DNA of 64,000 bases from a virus, in IMG/VR virus record IMGVR_UViG_3300005805_000046, positions 32,001-96,000 of that record; one strand, 5' to 3'. Each line of letters opens with the position of its first letter. The stretch's first letter is position 1. The notes under the pieces were generated by a model. It saw nothing but the letters and a program-made list of their open reading frames with translations, did not search any database and was not told where the DNA came from. Of the stretch, positions 1 to 10,293 are shown piece by piece. A program made the position numbers and the translations under genes.

Positions 1-30
1 CTCCTTTATATAGGAATACACCAAAATGGC

Positions 31-351
31 CTATTGTGCTTTGGGGGTTCTTCTTTTTGTTGATCTGGGTTTCTGTTTGCGAGCATTAGTCCTATTGGCT
101 TCTTTTCTTTCGTTTTCGGTGGCTGTGCTCCACCAAGTTTGTTTGAGATTTGTTCGTCCGTTAATATATTTAAATAATACGGTTAGTTGTCCAATAATTA
201 GTATAGTAGCTTCTAAACCTCTGCTAGTTTCTGCTATTAAATCTTCTTTTTGGCTATGATCATCTAATATTCCTATTAGATATAATCCACTAAATAAAAA
301 GCTTACCAGAGTAAACCAGAATTCACTAGTACGATAACCAGGTTTAATCAT
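31..351 (-). CDS. small membrane protein, holin-like
   Basis: N-terminal KPGYRTSEFW motif, two hydrophobic helices and a basic C-terminal tail; GGAG RBS. Confidence 0.5.
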   Translation of the reverse strand: MIKPGYRTSEFWFTLVSFLFSGLYLIGILDDHSQKEDLIAETSRGLEATILIIGQLTVLFKYINGRTNLKQTWWSTATENERKEANRTNARKQKPRSTKRRTPKAQ

Positions 352-400
352 TGTGCATCTCCTATATAATAATACTTAATATATAATTAATACACTTTTA

Positions 401-2677
401 TTATATAATTTGAATAGAGTTTACGGTATTGTTTACATTAAAATTAAAAGCTGTATCTATTGTTCCATTGATATTTAATCTAACTAATCCTAATTTTCTG
501 TAGCCAAACGACAAGTCTTTTCCTATTCCTGCGCATATTATTTTGCCGTTTTTTTGTAATGCCACATCACATATAGTATTAATAATCATGTTGGAAAAAC
601 TACTATCTAAAGACCCGTCGGTATTTAACCGTATAATTCTACCAATGTCAATGTTGTTGTATTTATTATAATCATTATATGCACAGATTATTTTATCATC
701 ATTTTGAATGATAATTTTTGAACAGGGCATGTTCGTTCCTGACGGCCCCACAAATGTAGAAGTAAAACCAGTACCAACAATAAAAGACGTGTCGATTGCT
801 CCGTTATCATGAAGGCGTACTATTCCTTTGGAAGAAATATTGTTGTAATTACTAAAAGAGCCGCCACAAAGTATTTTACCGTCTTTTTGTAAAGTTAATG
901 CTGTAACTCTGCCATCAAAGCCTGAACCTATACTAAAACTAGTATCAATAGTACCGTTGGTATTTAGTTTTACTATTCTATTAGATGTCAATCCGTTATA
1001 ATTGGTAAAAGTTCCACCAGCTATGATTTTACCATCATTGAGTATTACGATACAGTCTACTCGACCATTAAACCCGGAACCAGTATTAAAGCTATTATCT
1101 GTAGATCCATCGGCATTAAGACGAACAATATTAAATGCTCCCGCACATAATATTTTGTTATCTGGTTGAACCAATAATGTTGACATATTGCCAATTTTTG
1201 AACTCAAAACAGAATCAGTTATGAAATTATTATCTATAGTACCGTCAATATTTATACGAACTATATCTCCGGTTATTTGAGTATTATTATATCTATTAAA
1301 GGTACCAGCACATACGAATTTTCCATCATGTTGCTTAACTATACAACAAACCCCTGGGGGTTTAAACTCTAGTCCTCCTATGGATGTTGCGTTAACTGTG
1401 TTATTAAAACCAGAGCCTATATTAAAATTATTATTAATTAATCCTTGATTGTAAATATTTATTATTCTATTAATTTGTGTTTTATTGTAATATAAAAAAC
1501 TACCACAACAAATAATTGAGGAACCAGTATCTATTATGTTTAATATCGATCCTCCAAATAGCTGTCCTCGAAAACTTAGGTCTATAGACCCGTCTGTGTT
1601 TAGGCGACATATGCTGTTCGTTTCATTGTTTTTATACGAAGTAAAAACTCCTCCTAATAATATTTTTCCATTGTTTTGTATTAATACTTTATCTACAGTA
1701 TTATTAAAACCTGTTAAACTCGAAGAGCCAACATCGAAGGTATTATCTATAGATCCATTACTATTTAAACGAATAATATTGTTAATAATAACTTCTTGGT
1801 ATTGTGTCATTCTACCAACACAAATAATTTTACCATCGCTTTGAATAGCAGCATCATTTACTGATGGAGACCCAAACGAGCCCACAAAACCATTACCAAC
1901 AACAAAGCTATTGTCTATAGACCCATCATTATTTAATCTTATAATTCCACTACTAGAAATATTATTATAGGACGTAAAGTTTCCTACGCATAATATTTTT
2001 TGATCATTTTGAATGATAATTTTTGAGGGTGACGGAGAATTACCAAGCGTTGTAGTACCAGAAAATCCACTACCACTCATAAAACTGTTGTCTATGGTTC
2101 CGTTAGGATGAATTCTTACTATGCGTCCGCATGATACGTTATTATACATAGTAAATGATCCGACACAAATCATTTTGCCATCACTCTGTATAGCCACATC
2201 ACTTACTGCGTCATTAAAACCGCTGCCTACAACAAAACTACTATCTAAAGAACCATCAGCATTTAGTCTTGCCATTCTAGTAATAGATATTGAATTATAT
2301 GAGGTAAAACCGCCCACACAAAGAATTTTTCCGTCGCTTTGTAGTTTTATGCTTGATATAGGGGAGTTAAAACCTTCTCCTGATGCAAAGCTGTTGTCTA
2401 TGGTGCCGTCTGTATTTAATCTAAATATGCTACTCATAAGCCATTCATGAAATGGCGACACATTGGATTCACCACAAAGAATTTTTCCGTCACTTTGATA
2501 GACCATAGAACGTACAGGCACATCAAATTTTGCCACAAAACTATTATTTATATTGCCACTATCATCAAATGATATTATCCTGGGGCTATCGCCTAGCTCT
2601 GCGATAAAGTTTCCTGCTACTATTAGTTCTTCAGTTTCAACAGCTGATAACTGAGTATTATTGCCGAATGCACACAT
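401..2677 (-). CDS. delta-60 repeat beta-propeller protein, probably virion-associated
   Basis: About 12 repeats of the type Q(S/N)DGKI..G.FT.YN......I.RLN.DG.ID.SF..GSGF. Confidence 0.8.
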   Translation of the reverse strand: MCAFGNNTQLSAVETEELIVAGNFIAELGDSPRIISFDDSGNINNSFVAKFDVPVRSMVYQSDGKILCGESNVSPFHEWLMSSIFRLNTDGTIDNSFASGEGFNSPISSIKLQSDGKILCVGGFTSYNSISITRMARLNADGSLDSSFVVGSGFNDAVSDVAIQSDGKMICVGSFTMYNNVSCGRIVRIHPNGTIDNSFMSGSGFSGTTTLGNSPSPSKIIIQNDQKILCVGNFTSYNNISSSGIIRLNNDGSIDNSFVVGNGFVGSFGSPSVNDAAIQSDGKIICVGRMTQYQEVIINNIIRLNSNGSIDNTFDVGSSSLTGFNNTVDKVLIQNNGKILLGGVFTSYKNNETNSICRLNTDGSIDLSFRGQLFGGSILNIIDTGSSIICCGSFLYYNKTQINRIINIYNQGLINNNFNIGSGFNNTVNATSIGGLEFKPPGVCCIVKQHDGKFVCAGTFNRYNNTQITGDIVRINIDGTIDNNFITDSVLSSKIGNMSTLLVQPDNKILCAGAFNIVRLNADGSTDNSFNTGSGFNGRVDCIVILNDGKIIAGGTFTNYNGLTSNRIVKLNTNGTIDTSFSIGSGFDGRVTALTLQKDGKILCGGSFSNYNNISSKGIVRLHDNGAIDTSFIVGTGFTSTFVGPSGTNMPCSKIIIQNDDKIICAYNDYNKYNNIDIGRIIRLNTDGSLDSSFSNMIINTICDVALQKNGKIICAGIGKDLSFGYRKLGLVRLNINGTIDTAFNFNVNNTVNSIQII

Positions 2678-2680
2678 ATT

Positions 2681-3616
2681 TTAATTCTTTGTTGGTTTTT
2701 TAATTTTTGGCTGAACAACACTTGCTGGAATAACCCCGTCTCCTACGCTATTAGCACTTACTGGAACCGGATCGCTATCGCTTTGAGTTGCATACTTCCA
2801 ATAACCCGGACCGGATCCGTTTTTATCGGGTGTGTAGTATGCGGCCTTATACCATTCATTTTCTGTTGGTATGTGATATTTTGCGTTAGCGTTTCTAGCC
2901 ACAGCATTTCCCGACACAGCTCCGTTTAAGGAATATGCTCCATCTTCTGTGGTGCTGTTATTTTGAGATCCAACCGGCCTATCATTGTGCAGCCAGTTGC
3001 AGTATCGTGCGCAATCAAACCAGCTAACAAAAACTACAGGCTTGTTGCTCATATTGGGTTTAGTGCTATAGGAATACGTTCCGCTACTGCCGCTGCGATT
3101 TATTCCACCGGGATTATCGCTACTCATACCAGTAGAGTATAAGTTATATGTGTCTGTAGCAGCAACAGAGTTAAGAAATTCAACATACTCGCTGTTAGTA
3201 ACAACATATTTAGCTATCCTGTAAACATAATTTACATTTCCATAGCCAGTAGTATGATTAAGGTTGTTAACGTCTCCTATCTCTACAAAGTTAGAAAAAT
3301 TTAAAGGGTTAAGGGACGATGCGAGACGAAAACCGATGTAGTTGCCCTCGCCCGACGGGTCGAACGTGGTCCTGATGGAGGACGACAAGTTGAACGCGTT
3401 GTCGTAACAGCTGCCGCCGCGGAGCCCACGAGACGGGCCGACTAATACATTCAAATCATTCCATTGAAATACATTTCCGCTCATATCATAAGTACCATAA
3501 AAGCTTGGTCCGCCGTTTGTGCCTACGGTCGTGACGTTGCCACTCATGTTATTCCATTTGGCACCACTGTTAAAGTTCGCGCTATTAATAATCTTATTAT
3601 TTGTTAAAAGACTCAT
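2681..3616 (-). CDS. FGE-sulfatase/C-type-lectin-fold protein, circularly permuted, probable DGR target
   Basis: Motifs YGTYDMSGNVFQW, LRGGS and IGFRLA occur before VTNSEYVEFLN, PVVFVSWFDCARYCNWL and IPTENEWYKAA. Confidence 0.8.
   Translation of the reverse strand: MSLLTNNKIINSANFNSGAKWNNMSGNVTTVGTNGGPSFYGTYDMSGNVFQWNDLNVLVGPSRGLRGGSCYDNAFNLSSSIRTTFDPSGEGNYIGFRLASSLNPLNFSNFVEIGDVNNLNHTTGYGNVNYVYRIAKYVVTNSEYVEFLNSVAATDTYNLYSTGMSSDNPGGINRSGSSGTYSYSTKPNMSNKPVVFVSWFDCARYCNWLHNDRPVGSQNNSTTEDGAYSLNGAVSGNAVARNANAKYHIPTENEWYKAAYYTPDKNGSGPGYWKYATQSDSDPVPVSANSVGDGVIPASVVQPKIKKPTKN
3314..3442 (-). other. putative DGR variable region (VR)
   Basis: 129-bp patch at about 64% GC (82/129, hand count) in an AT-rich gene; encodes VGPSRGLRGGS...GFRLASS with many NNC codons; only 1 of 43 codons ends in A. 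Confidence 0.7.
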
Positions 3617-3618
3617 AA

Positions 3619-6600
3619 TTAATTGGTTTTATTTCCTATATAGTGACCTTCAATTATGCTAGATCCTATTGCTCGTAATAGGAAAAGATGCGTACCAACC
3701 GATAATGCCCCGGCTGGTGGCTGATTAAACCAATCGTTCACAATAGTCCATGTTATGCTAGTAGCAGATGTTACGGTAATTCTTAAGATCACATCAGCGC
3801 TTAATGTGCCAATATCTGGCCAGTTAATTCCCTTGGTAAAGGTTGTTGCTGTTCCGTTTAGCGTTAATGTTTGAATCAATCGGTCTGTGCCAAAACTTAT
3901 AGCATTACTTCCAGAAACTGAACCCAAAGCTAATATAGAAGGATTCTCGGTTGTTGATACTACTATATTATCATTAATATTGTCATAAGTCAAAACTATG
4001 CCGTTTCCAGCAACAAGATCCGTAGAAACAATGTTGGAAACTGCTGTGTTAAAGTCGGTTATGGAACCTGAAGTATGGTTGTGGTTGGTTGGTGCTTTAC
4101 CATCTAACGCTGTTTGTAAGCCATCTACTGTGCTGATAGCTTGAGTGCCTGTGTGGTTGCTTCGCTGAACTGCAAAAGCCTGAGCGTTGTTTGCTTTTGT
4201 TGCGGCATCACTAGCAGCAGCACTTTGAACAGCACTATCCGCAGATGCTTGTGCGGTACTAACAGGTTTGTTAACGTCGCTTGTGTTGTCAACATTACCT
4301 AAACCTACCATGCTCTTGGTAATGCCACTAACAGTTCCCGTGAATGTCGGGCTATTGATGTTGGCCTTAAGATCGACATTCGCCTTCAGGCTCTTGAACG
4401 CCTGCTGAACAGTCGCGGCGCCGGCAATACCACTATCAATCTGGTTGTGATAGATGTTTCTGCTATCGTGCAACACTTCGAGTGCGTGCTGCACGTTGTA
4501 AGAAATTGCCGAGGTGCCAGCCACGGTCAAAGTAACATTAGCGTTGGTGGCCGTAGCGTTCGCGCTGATCGTTAACGTTGCACCGCTGATGGCCGTGATC
4601 GTGGTATTGGCCGGAATGCCAGTACCGGTGATCACATAGCCGACTTGGAAGTTGGCCGCAAGCACGCTGCCAACCGATGTGACCGTTACTTGGTTGCTTC
4701 CGCTTGTGATGCTGCCAGTGAAACCAAGACTGAAAGACAGCGGGAAACTCAACTGCTCGCACTGCCATGTGATCGAGCCGTCCACGACCGTACCGCCGAT
4801 TGTGGTTGGCCATGTGGGTGCTGTTGCGCCGCTACGGCCAATGCCAGTAGCGGTCACATTGCGATACTGATAGCCGTTACCGGGAAGCAGGATGCGATTG
4901 CGCACATACTGCGCATTCGCGGCCCAGCCAATCGCCGGATATCTAAATGTGACGCCCGATGAGCGCGCGGTAATAAACGCACTGCCGAGACCGGGCTGGG
5001 TATTCGTATTCCAACCGGGATGCGTATGGATAGCACCTTCGTTTAATGACAACGAAACTGGGTTGGGCTGAATATAACCGGCCGTATTGGAGTTACCAAA
5101 GAACGCTCCCTTGATCCACTTGGCGTTGGCCGCAGTGACCGCAACCGAAACATCGGGTCCGGTGTTCTCGTAGGACACGGTGTTGGCAGTCGGGAAGTCA
5201 ACGACCTTGGCGCCAAAATTAGGCGTATTGAACGAAGTGTTTTCAGTCACGCCATTGATGAGCACATACTGCTCACGCCAGTAGCCATCGGGAAGAATGT
5301 TGCGGCTTTGACCGTGATTCAACGACAGCGTAACCGTGGCAACATTGTTCGTTCTGGTGAACGATGTGGCCTTGATTTCGTTGTAGGCTGGCATGAACGT
5401 GGCGTCCATGTTGAAAACGCCGTGGCGGCCAGTTGAAAAAATGGACGCCCACGAGTGGAAAAATACTTGTTCGAGCGTATTGAACGCCACGTTGCCGATA
5501 ATGTTTCCGAACCCGTTGCCGCCAGTACTGTTTTGGCAATCCACGGCGTACAACGTGATGCCGTGAGTACCGGTGGCTTTAAGCGTGTCGAAAGTAGCAT
5601 TCTGGTACGCATACAGGTGCATCGTCGAGCCACCACTCGACGTGCTTGTTGCTTCGATCACGCCACGCACACCGCAGTTCGTCAGATGCACCTGATTAAA
5701 GCCTAAGGTGTCTACGGTGTGAACGGTCAAGTTGCCCTGAATGCCCACAAAACTGTGCTGGCCGTTATTGAACATTGGCCGATGATTCGAGCCGATCATG
5801 GCGAAAACAAAGTTGTTCAGTTCGCCGGAATCGAATGACAGGCTGGCCGAAGCATTCGTTGCTGTGGCAGTGTTGTTTAGCGTAATGGTGCTGCCATTGA
5901 TGGCCGTGATGACAGTATTGGTGGGCATGCCCGTGCCGGTCATAATCGTGCCAACCTTGAGTCGGCTGTAATTAACGTGCGATGTGCTAACAGTGATAGT
6001 GTTACTGCCGGTCGTAGTCGCGGAGGTAACGGTGTTCGTATTGCCGCCGGTCGTCGCGGGAACCACGTTCGCCGGACGACTCCACAAATAGTTGCCCTTA
6101 AGCGTGGCGCCACCGGTCACATCGAACACAACACCCGGGCGGAACGGAATATTTAATGTGCCGCCAGATTCTTCGTCATAAAAGCCCGGAGCAATACGGA
6201 AGCAATAGAAGCGCTTGGTCGTATCGTTCATGTCAGCGAGCGACGACGCGCTAGAAACAGACGCCAAAGCCGCACGCATGGTCTTAAATGGCTTGTATTG
6301 GCTGCCGTCCGCGGTATAGGTGTCGGTGCGACCATTGTCTACATAGATATTTTTAGTGCCGGGTTCGGAAAGTGAACTAAAGAGTTCCTCCGAGGTGTGA
6401 GTGTGGTTTGTTGCTGCTTTGCTATCTAACACTGTTTGCAAACCGTCTACTGTACCGATAGCTTGGGTTCCAGTATGATTGTTTCGCTGAACTGCAAAAG
6501 CCTGGGCGTTGTTTGCTTTTGTTGCGGCATCACTAGCAGCAGCACTTTGAACAGCACTATCCGCAGCGGCCTGTGCGGTACTAACAGGTTTGTTAACGTC

Positions 6601-7257
6601 GCTTGTGTTGTCAACATTGCTTAAGCCAACATCGTCTTTTGTTAGAGTCACCACGCCGGTCTTACCAGCTACGCTCTGTACTGGTGCTGCGGCACTAGCT
6701 CGTGCATCTGTGTAATATTTGTTAACGCTTCCTTCTGGAACAGCATCCGTGCTACCGGGAGAGGCGCTAATCTCGACATAAATGCTGCCGCTCCAGCGAT
6801 ATGTCTTATTGTTTTCGAGAGTAACATAAATTTTGCCACTTTCGCCGCTCGATGGTAGCGTGGAAAAATTCGCCACTTCTATTACGTCGTCTACGTAGCT
6901 GGGCAATTGAGATGCTGGCACTCTACCATTTACAAGATTAGCATAATCACCAGCCAACTGAAGACCAACCGCACTTATAGTAAGCTCGTTAGAATTATCG
7001 TTGTAAGAAATAGATATATTAGATCCTGCCTTAATTAAACCAGCAACTCTATCATCAATATTTTCTAAAACAACACTATCATTAATGTCTATACCAGAGT
7101 ACTGTAAATTATTCCAAGATGTTACTCCATCTCCAAATTTTAATTTTCTGGTATCAGTTTCTAGTCCTGGTTCACCAACTTTTAAAATAGGATTGTTAGT
7201 AGACCAGTTATTTGAGGTATCTCTACGTAATCTGATATGGACGTATGATTGTGTCAT
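3619..7257 (-). CDS. tail fibre / receptor-binding protein with Mtd_N-like N-terminus
   Basis: N-terminal IRLRRDT..W...NPIL..GE.G.ETDT.KLK.GDG motif; VGL.NVDNTSD..KPVS fibre repeats; Thr/Ser/Gly-rich beta regions. Confidence 0.8.
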   Translation of the reverse strand: MTQSYVHIRLRRDTSNNWSTNNPILKVGEPGLETDTRKLKFGDGVTSWNNLQYSGIDINDSVVLENIDDRVAGLIKAGSNISISYNDNSNELTISAVGLQLAGDYANLVNGRVPASQLPSYVDDVIEVANFSTLPSSGESGKIYVTLENNKTYRWSGSIYVEISASPGSTDAVPEGSVNKYYTDARASAAAPVQSVAGKTGVVTLTKDDVGLSNVDNTSDVNKPVSTAQAAADSAVQSAAASDAATKANNAQAFAVQRNNHTGTQAIGTVDGLQTVLDSKAATNHTHTSEELFSSLSEPGTKNIYVDNGRTDTYTADGSQYKPFKTMRAALASVSSASSLADMNDTTKRFYCFRIAPGFYDEESGGTLNIPFRPGVVFDVTGGATLKGNYLWSRPANVVPATTGGNTNTVTSATTTGSNTITVSTSHVNYSRLKVGTIMTGTGMPTNTVITAINGSTITLNNTATATNASASLSFDSGELNNFVFAMIGSNHRPMFNNGQHSFVGIQGNLTVHTVDTLGFNQVHLTNCGVRGVIEATSTSSGGSTMHLYAYQNATFDTLKATGTHGITLYAVDCQNSTGGNGFGNIIGNVAFNTLEQVFFHSWASIFSTGRHGVFNMDATFMPAYNEIKATSFTRTNNVATVTLSLNHGQSRNILPDGYWREQYVLINGVTENTSFNTPNFGAKVVDFPTANTVSYENTGPDVSVAVTAANAKWIKGAFFGNSNTAGYIQPNPVSLSLNEGAIHTHPGWNTNTQPGLGSAFITARSSGVTFRYPAIGWAANAQYVRNRILLPGNGYQYRNVTATGIGRSGATAPTWPTTIGGTVVDGSITWQCEQLSFPLSFSLGFTGSITSGSNQVTVTSVGSVLAANFQVGYVITGTGIPANTTITAISGATLTISANATATNANVTLTVAGTSAISYNVQHALEVLHDSRNIYHNQIDSGIAGAATVQQAFKSLKANVDLKANINSPTFTGTVSGITKSMVGLGNVDNTSDVNKPVSTAQASADSAVQSAAASDAATKANNAQAFAVQRSNHTGTQAISTVDGLQTALDGKAPTNHNHTSGSITDFNTAVSNIVSTDLVAGNGIVLTYDNINDNIVVSTTENPSILALGSVSGSNAISFGTDRLIQTLTLNGTATTFTKGINWPDIGTLSADVILRITVTSATSITWTIVNDWFNQPPAGALSVGTHLFLLRAIGSSIIEGHYIGNKTN
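4081..4305. repeat. direct repeat copy 1 within tail fibre gene
   Basis: Core 4161-4296 is nearly identical to 6483-6618. Confidence 0.9.
6403..6628. repeat. direct repeat copy 2 within tail fibre gene
   Basis: Core 6483-6618 is nearly identical to 4161-4296; offset 2322 bp, in frame. Confidence 0.9.
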
Positions 7258-7480
7258 TGTGTTAATTCCGTTTTTAATTATTAGGTATATGAAATATAAA
7301 TATTGGTGCAGCCTAGTTTGGACAGCTCCTCTTCTAAAGCCTTTTCTTCTAGTTGATTTAATTCATCTTTTTTAGATAAAATAGCAATTAAATCTGTTTC
7401 TGTGCCTCTCATTAGGCTACAAGTAACAATATATCTATCTAGTTCAAAATAAATTGTTTCCATATATTATATATATTCTC

Positions 7481-7717
7481 TTAAGATAATGAAGATCCGC
7501 CATTTAAATCGCCACTAATAATATTAGTAAAAATACCGTTGTAAAATCTATTACCATATTTTTGTTGAATATTCTCTATTGTCAGATTAACTGGGAAGTT
7601 TGACCTAATAGTTCTAATAGAGGAATAGCCCGTAACTGTGGTTGAACAAACAGCATTTTTATTATTAATGGGTCTGCTATCATCGACTCTCGATATGTCT
7701 GTATATGGTCTTGGCAT
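7481..7717 (-). CDS. hypothetical protein
   Basis: ORF with AAGG RBS, co-oriented with neighbours. Confidence 0.6.
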   Translation of the reverse strand: MPRPYTDISRVDDSRPINNKNAVCSTTVTGYSSIRTIRSNFPVNLTIENIQQKYGNRFYNGIFTNIISGDLNGGSSLS

Positions 7718-7783
7718 CGTATACTACCTTTATTATAAAGTATTTTAGGTGTGTTGTTACAATATGATACACCACTGGCCTGG

Positions 7784-8104
7784 CTATGCTCTCTCTATTC
7801 TTTCTTCGAGGGCTTCCAATGTTTTGCCAAGCATCACAATCTGTACTTTTAGTTCGTTCATGACCTCTGTATTTCTTTGTAGGGCAGAAGCAAAAGCGGC
7901 CTGGGTTTCTTTGTTTGTATTTAGTCTTTCCATAATAAACTGTCTATCATGGATGTATGGGGACTGTGTTTCTATCATTACTAATACCTCGGCTTTAGTA
8001 GCCATATTCCTGCCTATGGCTACCCAAAACCCTACCATCGTGACTATAATTCCAATACTAGTTGTCGCAATATTTTCCCAGAAATGGATAATAGTCTCGC
8101 TCAT
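7784..8104 (-). CDS. membrane-anchored coiled-coil protein
   Basis: N-terminal transmembrane helix followed by a heptad-rich C-terminus. Confidence 0.6.
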   Translation of the reverse strand: MSETIIHFWENIATTSIGIIVTMVGFWVAIGRNMATKAEVLVMIETQSPYIHDRQFIMERLNTNKETQAAFASALQRNTEVMNELKVQIVMLGKTLEALEERIERA

Positions 8105-8198
8105 GTTAATTGCTTTCTATTAAAAACTAGAAGCCAACGATACCATAGGAATCATTGGCTTTAGTTGTATCGTTAAAACTAAAAAATAATATATTAAA

Positions 8199-8726
8199 TC
8201 AATTAGTCTTCGGCTTGTAGTTAACCTCAACAGGAACCACTCCACCCAACTTATATACCAACCTGCCCGGCACTGAGCGTGTTGGAGTAGCGGCCGTGTC
8301 GTTTGCTAGCGAGTCTACAGCAACAGTTAGGGCTGGATTATATTTGCCAGTATAAAAATTAAACTGACCGGCTCTGAAAGCTGTTGATTGTCTAGTTGTT
8401 CTGAGTGTCTCAAGTTTATGAATACTTCTAACTAGACCAGGAACACTGGCGCCACTTAATAACACGGTGTTACTAATAGTACCAGATAATACTCTTGATA
8501 CTTTGCGAGCAACAATTGAATTAATGGATGCAAATAATCCAAAATCTAGTGCTGATACTGTGTTTACCCCCTCCACTACGGTTGAACCAAATACATTTAT
8601 ATTTGATCTATTAGAATTGAGTCTAGCGCCCAAAACAGGAAATGTTTCATAGTCTGTTCCTGCGTTTATAACAGAACCACCATTATTTTTTCGGGGCTGA
8701 CTATTTTTAGCTTTTTGAGTGGCCAT
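8199..8726 (-). CDS. hypothetical protein, possibly structural
   Basis: GGAG RBS; located in the virion module. Confidence 0.6.
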   Translation of the reverse strand: MATQKAKNSQPRKNNGGSVINAGTDYETFPVLGARLNSNRSNINVFGSTVVEGVNTVSALDFGLFASINSIVARKVSRVLSGTISNTVLLSGASVPGLVRSIHKLETLRTTRQSTAFRAGQFNFYTGKYNPALTVAVDSLANDTAATPTRSVPGRLVYKLGGVVPVEVNYKPKTN

Positions 8727-8850
8727 TATGATCTCCGATAATTATGTTATAAAAAAGCAATATATTTACTATACTCTATAGTACCCCAAACAAAACAATT
8801 CTAAATATTTTATTTTGTAAGATTTGGCCATTTATATATTTACCAAGCTA

Positions 8851-10293
8851 CTATGAAGATGCTCTAATCTTGATGGTCATTTGACCTTTCCCGGTATCCG
8901 GAAAAGCAGCAGTATCAATAATATACCCACCCCCCCAGTCTGCATAATGTCCGTTATGACATGACGAAGCATTAGGACATTCTACTGGCGGAGGAGCCTT
9001 GCCAACATTCGTACTTAGACGAGAACCCCATACAACATCGTATTCTTTAAACAAAACTCTAGCACACGGTTCTGAGGTGGTATATTCTCCTTTTGGCTCA
9101 ACACACGCTAATCCTTCTACTGGTAAATTACAATTTTGTTCCCAATTTGCTTTTAATCTTAATTCTCCGAAGCCTATTGACAAATACGAAAATGGCCCAG
9201 TTTCGTAGCCGCTTCCGGGATTATTAACTGTTACGGATGTTACTTTACCAAAATTTTCTGATAATGGATCTTGGTCAATGTTTGCAACAGCGGATGCTCC
9301 TTGTCCAGTACCTAGAATTACCACGTTCGGAGCACTTACAACTACGTCTCCTTCTGGTACGCTACATGTTCTTATAAACGGAGTTCCATAACCATAACTG
9401 TTGTAGCCAGTTATTGATCCATTCTCGTCAACGATAGCGTCTCCGTAAGAAGAGCCTGCCGGCCAACAATAGTAAGAATTACTACCCCAAACATTTATAT
9501 ACGCATAGGAATAGCCCGTACCACCATTTGTTATGGTAACTGCTACATCTCCGTATGTTTGTCCTGGTCCCGGATTGGTTATTATTGTTGCTGTTGCTTC
9601 GGCCCCCTGTCCGTCTCCGGATATAGACACATTGACATCGTCTGTTACTAATACATCCACCTGTTCCTTGTATGCGTAACCCATACCCCCATCTGTCACA
9701 GAGATAGAACCTATGCCTCCACTAGAAACAGAAGCAGTAGCATAGGCGCCGTTACCGGAACCGCCAGCAAGAATACACGACACCTCGCGTTCTGTGGTTG
9801 TGATTGTTACGCTTGCCCCAACGCTAGTTTCACGACAGCCTTCTGAAGTATTGCCTCCTCCTTGAAAATACCACTGTTCTGGAAGCAAAACGCTACCACT
9901 CCACGTTGTTGAGGCGCACCCATTTCTTTGAAGCGTAATTGTTTTACTATCAAGAGCTCTATAATCTAGACTATTAAGAGTAATATTAAGAGCGGATCCT
10001 GATCTATTATTATATAAAACAACATCTTCCCAAGATGGTATACATTCTCCATTACCGGGTATTGGTCCATCGAAAGGGTGTTCGATTACATTAAGATTTT
10101 TAATGGTAAGACTAATATTATCCGGATAGCAGTCACCACAAGAACCATCTATGCATGGTTCGCATGGTTCTGGTTCGAGAGAGCATTCATCTTTCGGTAA
10201 AGACGGCAAAAAGACATTGCTATTATTGATGTCTTCTATAATTTGACTGATACTAGCGTTATTAGTTGGCGGTCCGTAAAATGGTCTACTCAT
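8851..10293 (-). CDS. Cys/Gly-rich virion or fibre protein with shared N-terminal module
   Basis: G.G.GA.A.A...V...T.GG.GY repeats of phage fibre/baseplate type; first ~46 aa shared with 10744-11307. Confidence 0.7.
   Translation of the reverse strand: MSRPFYGPPTNNASISQIIEDINNSNVFLPSLPKDECSLEPEPCEPCIDGSCGDCYPDNISLTIKNLNVIEHPFDGPIPGNGECIPSWEDVVLYNNRSGSALNITLNSLDYRALDSKTITLQRNGCASTTWSGSVLLPEQWYFQGGGNTSEGCRETSVGASVTITTTEREVSCILAGGSGNGAYATASVSSGGIGSISVTDGGMGYAYKEQVDVLVTDDVNVSISGDGQGAEATATIITNPGPGQTYGDVAVTITNGGTGYSYAYINVWGSNSYYCWPAGSSYGDAIVDENGSITGYNSYGYGTPFIRTCSVPEGDVVVSAPNVVILGTGQGASAVANIDQDPLSENFGKVTSVTVNNPGSGYETGPFSYLSIGFGELRLKANWEQNCNLPVEGLACVEPKGEYTTSEPCARVLFKEYDVVWGSRLSTNVGKAPPPVECPNASSCHNGHYADWGGGYIIDTAAFPDTGKGQMTIKIRASS
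10160..10255. repeat. 96-bp exact direct repeat, copy 1
   Basis: Identical to 11174-11269; similarity extends to both start codons. Confidence 0.95.

Noticed and set aside
401-2677. Internal periodicity as a DNA repeat array
   Set aside because: Explained by diverged protein-level delta-60 repeats.
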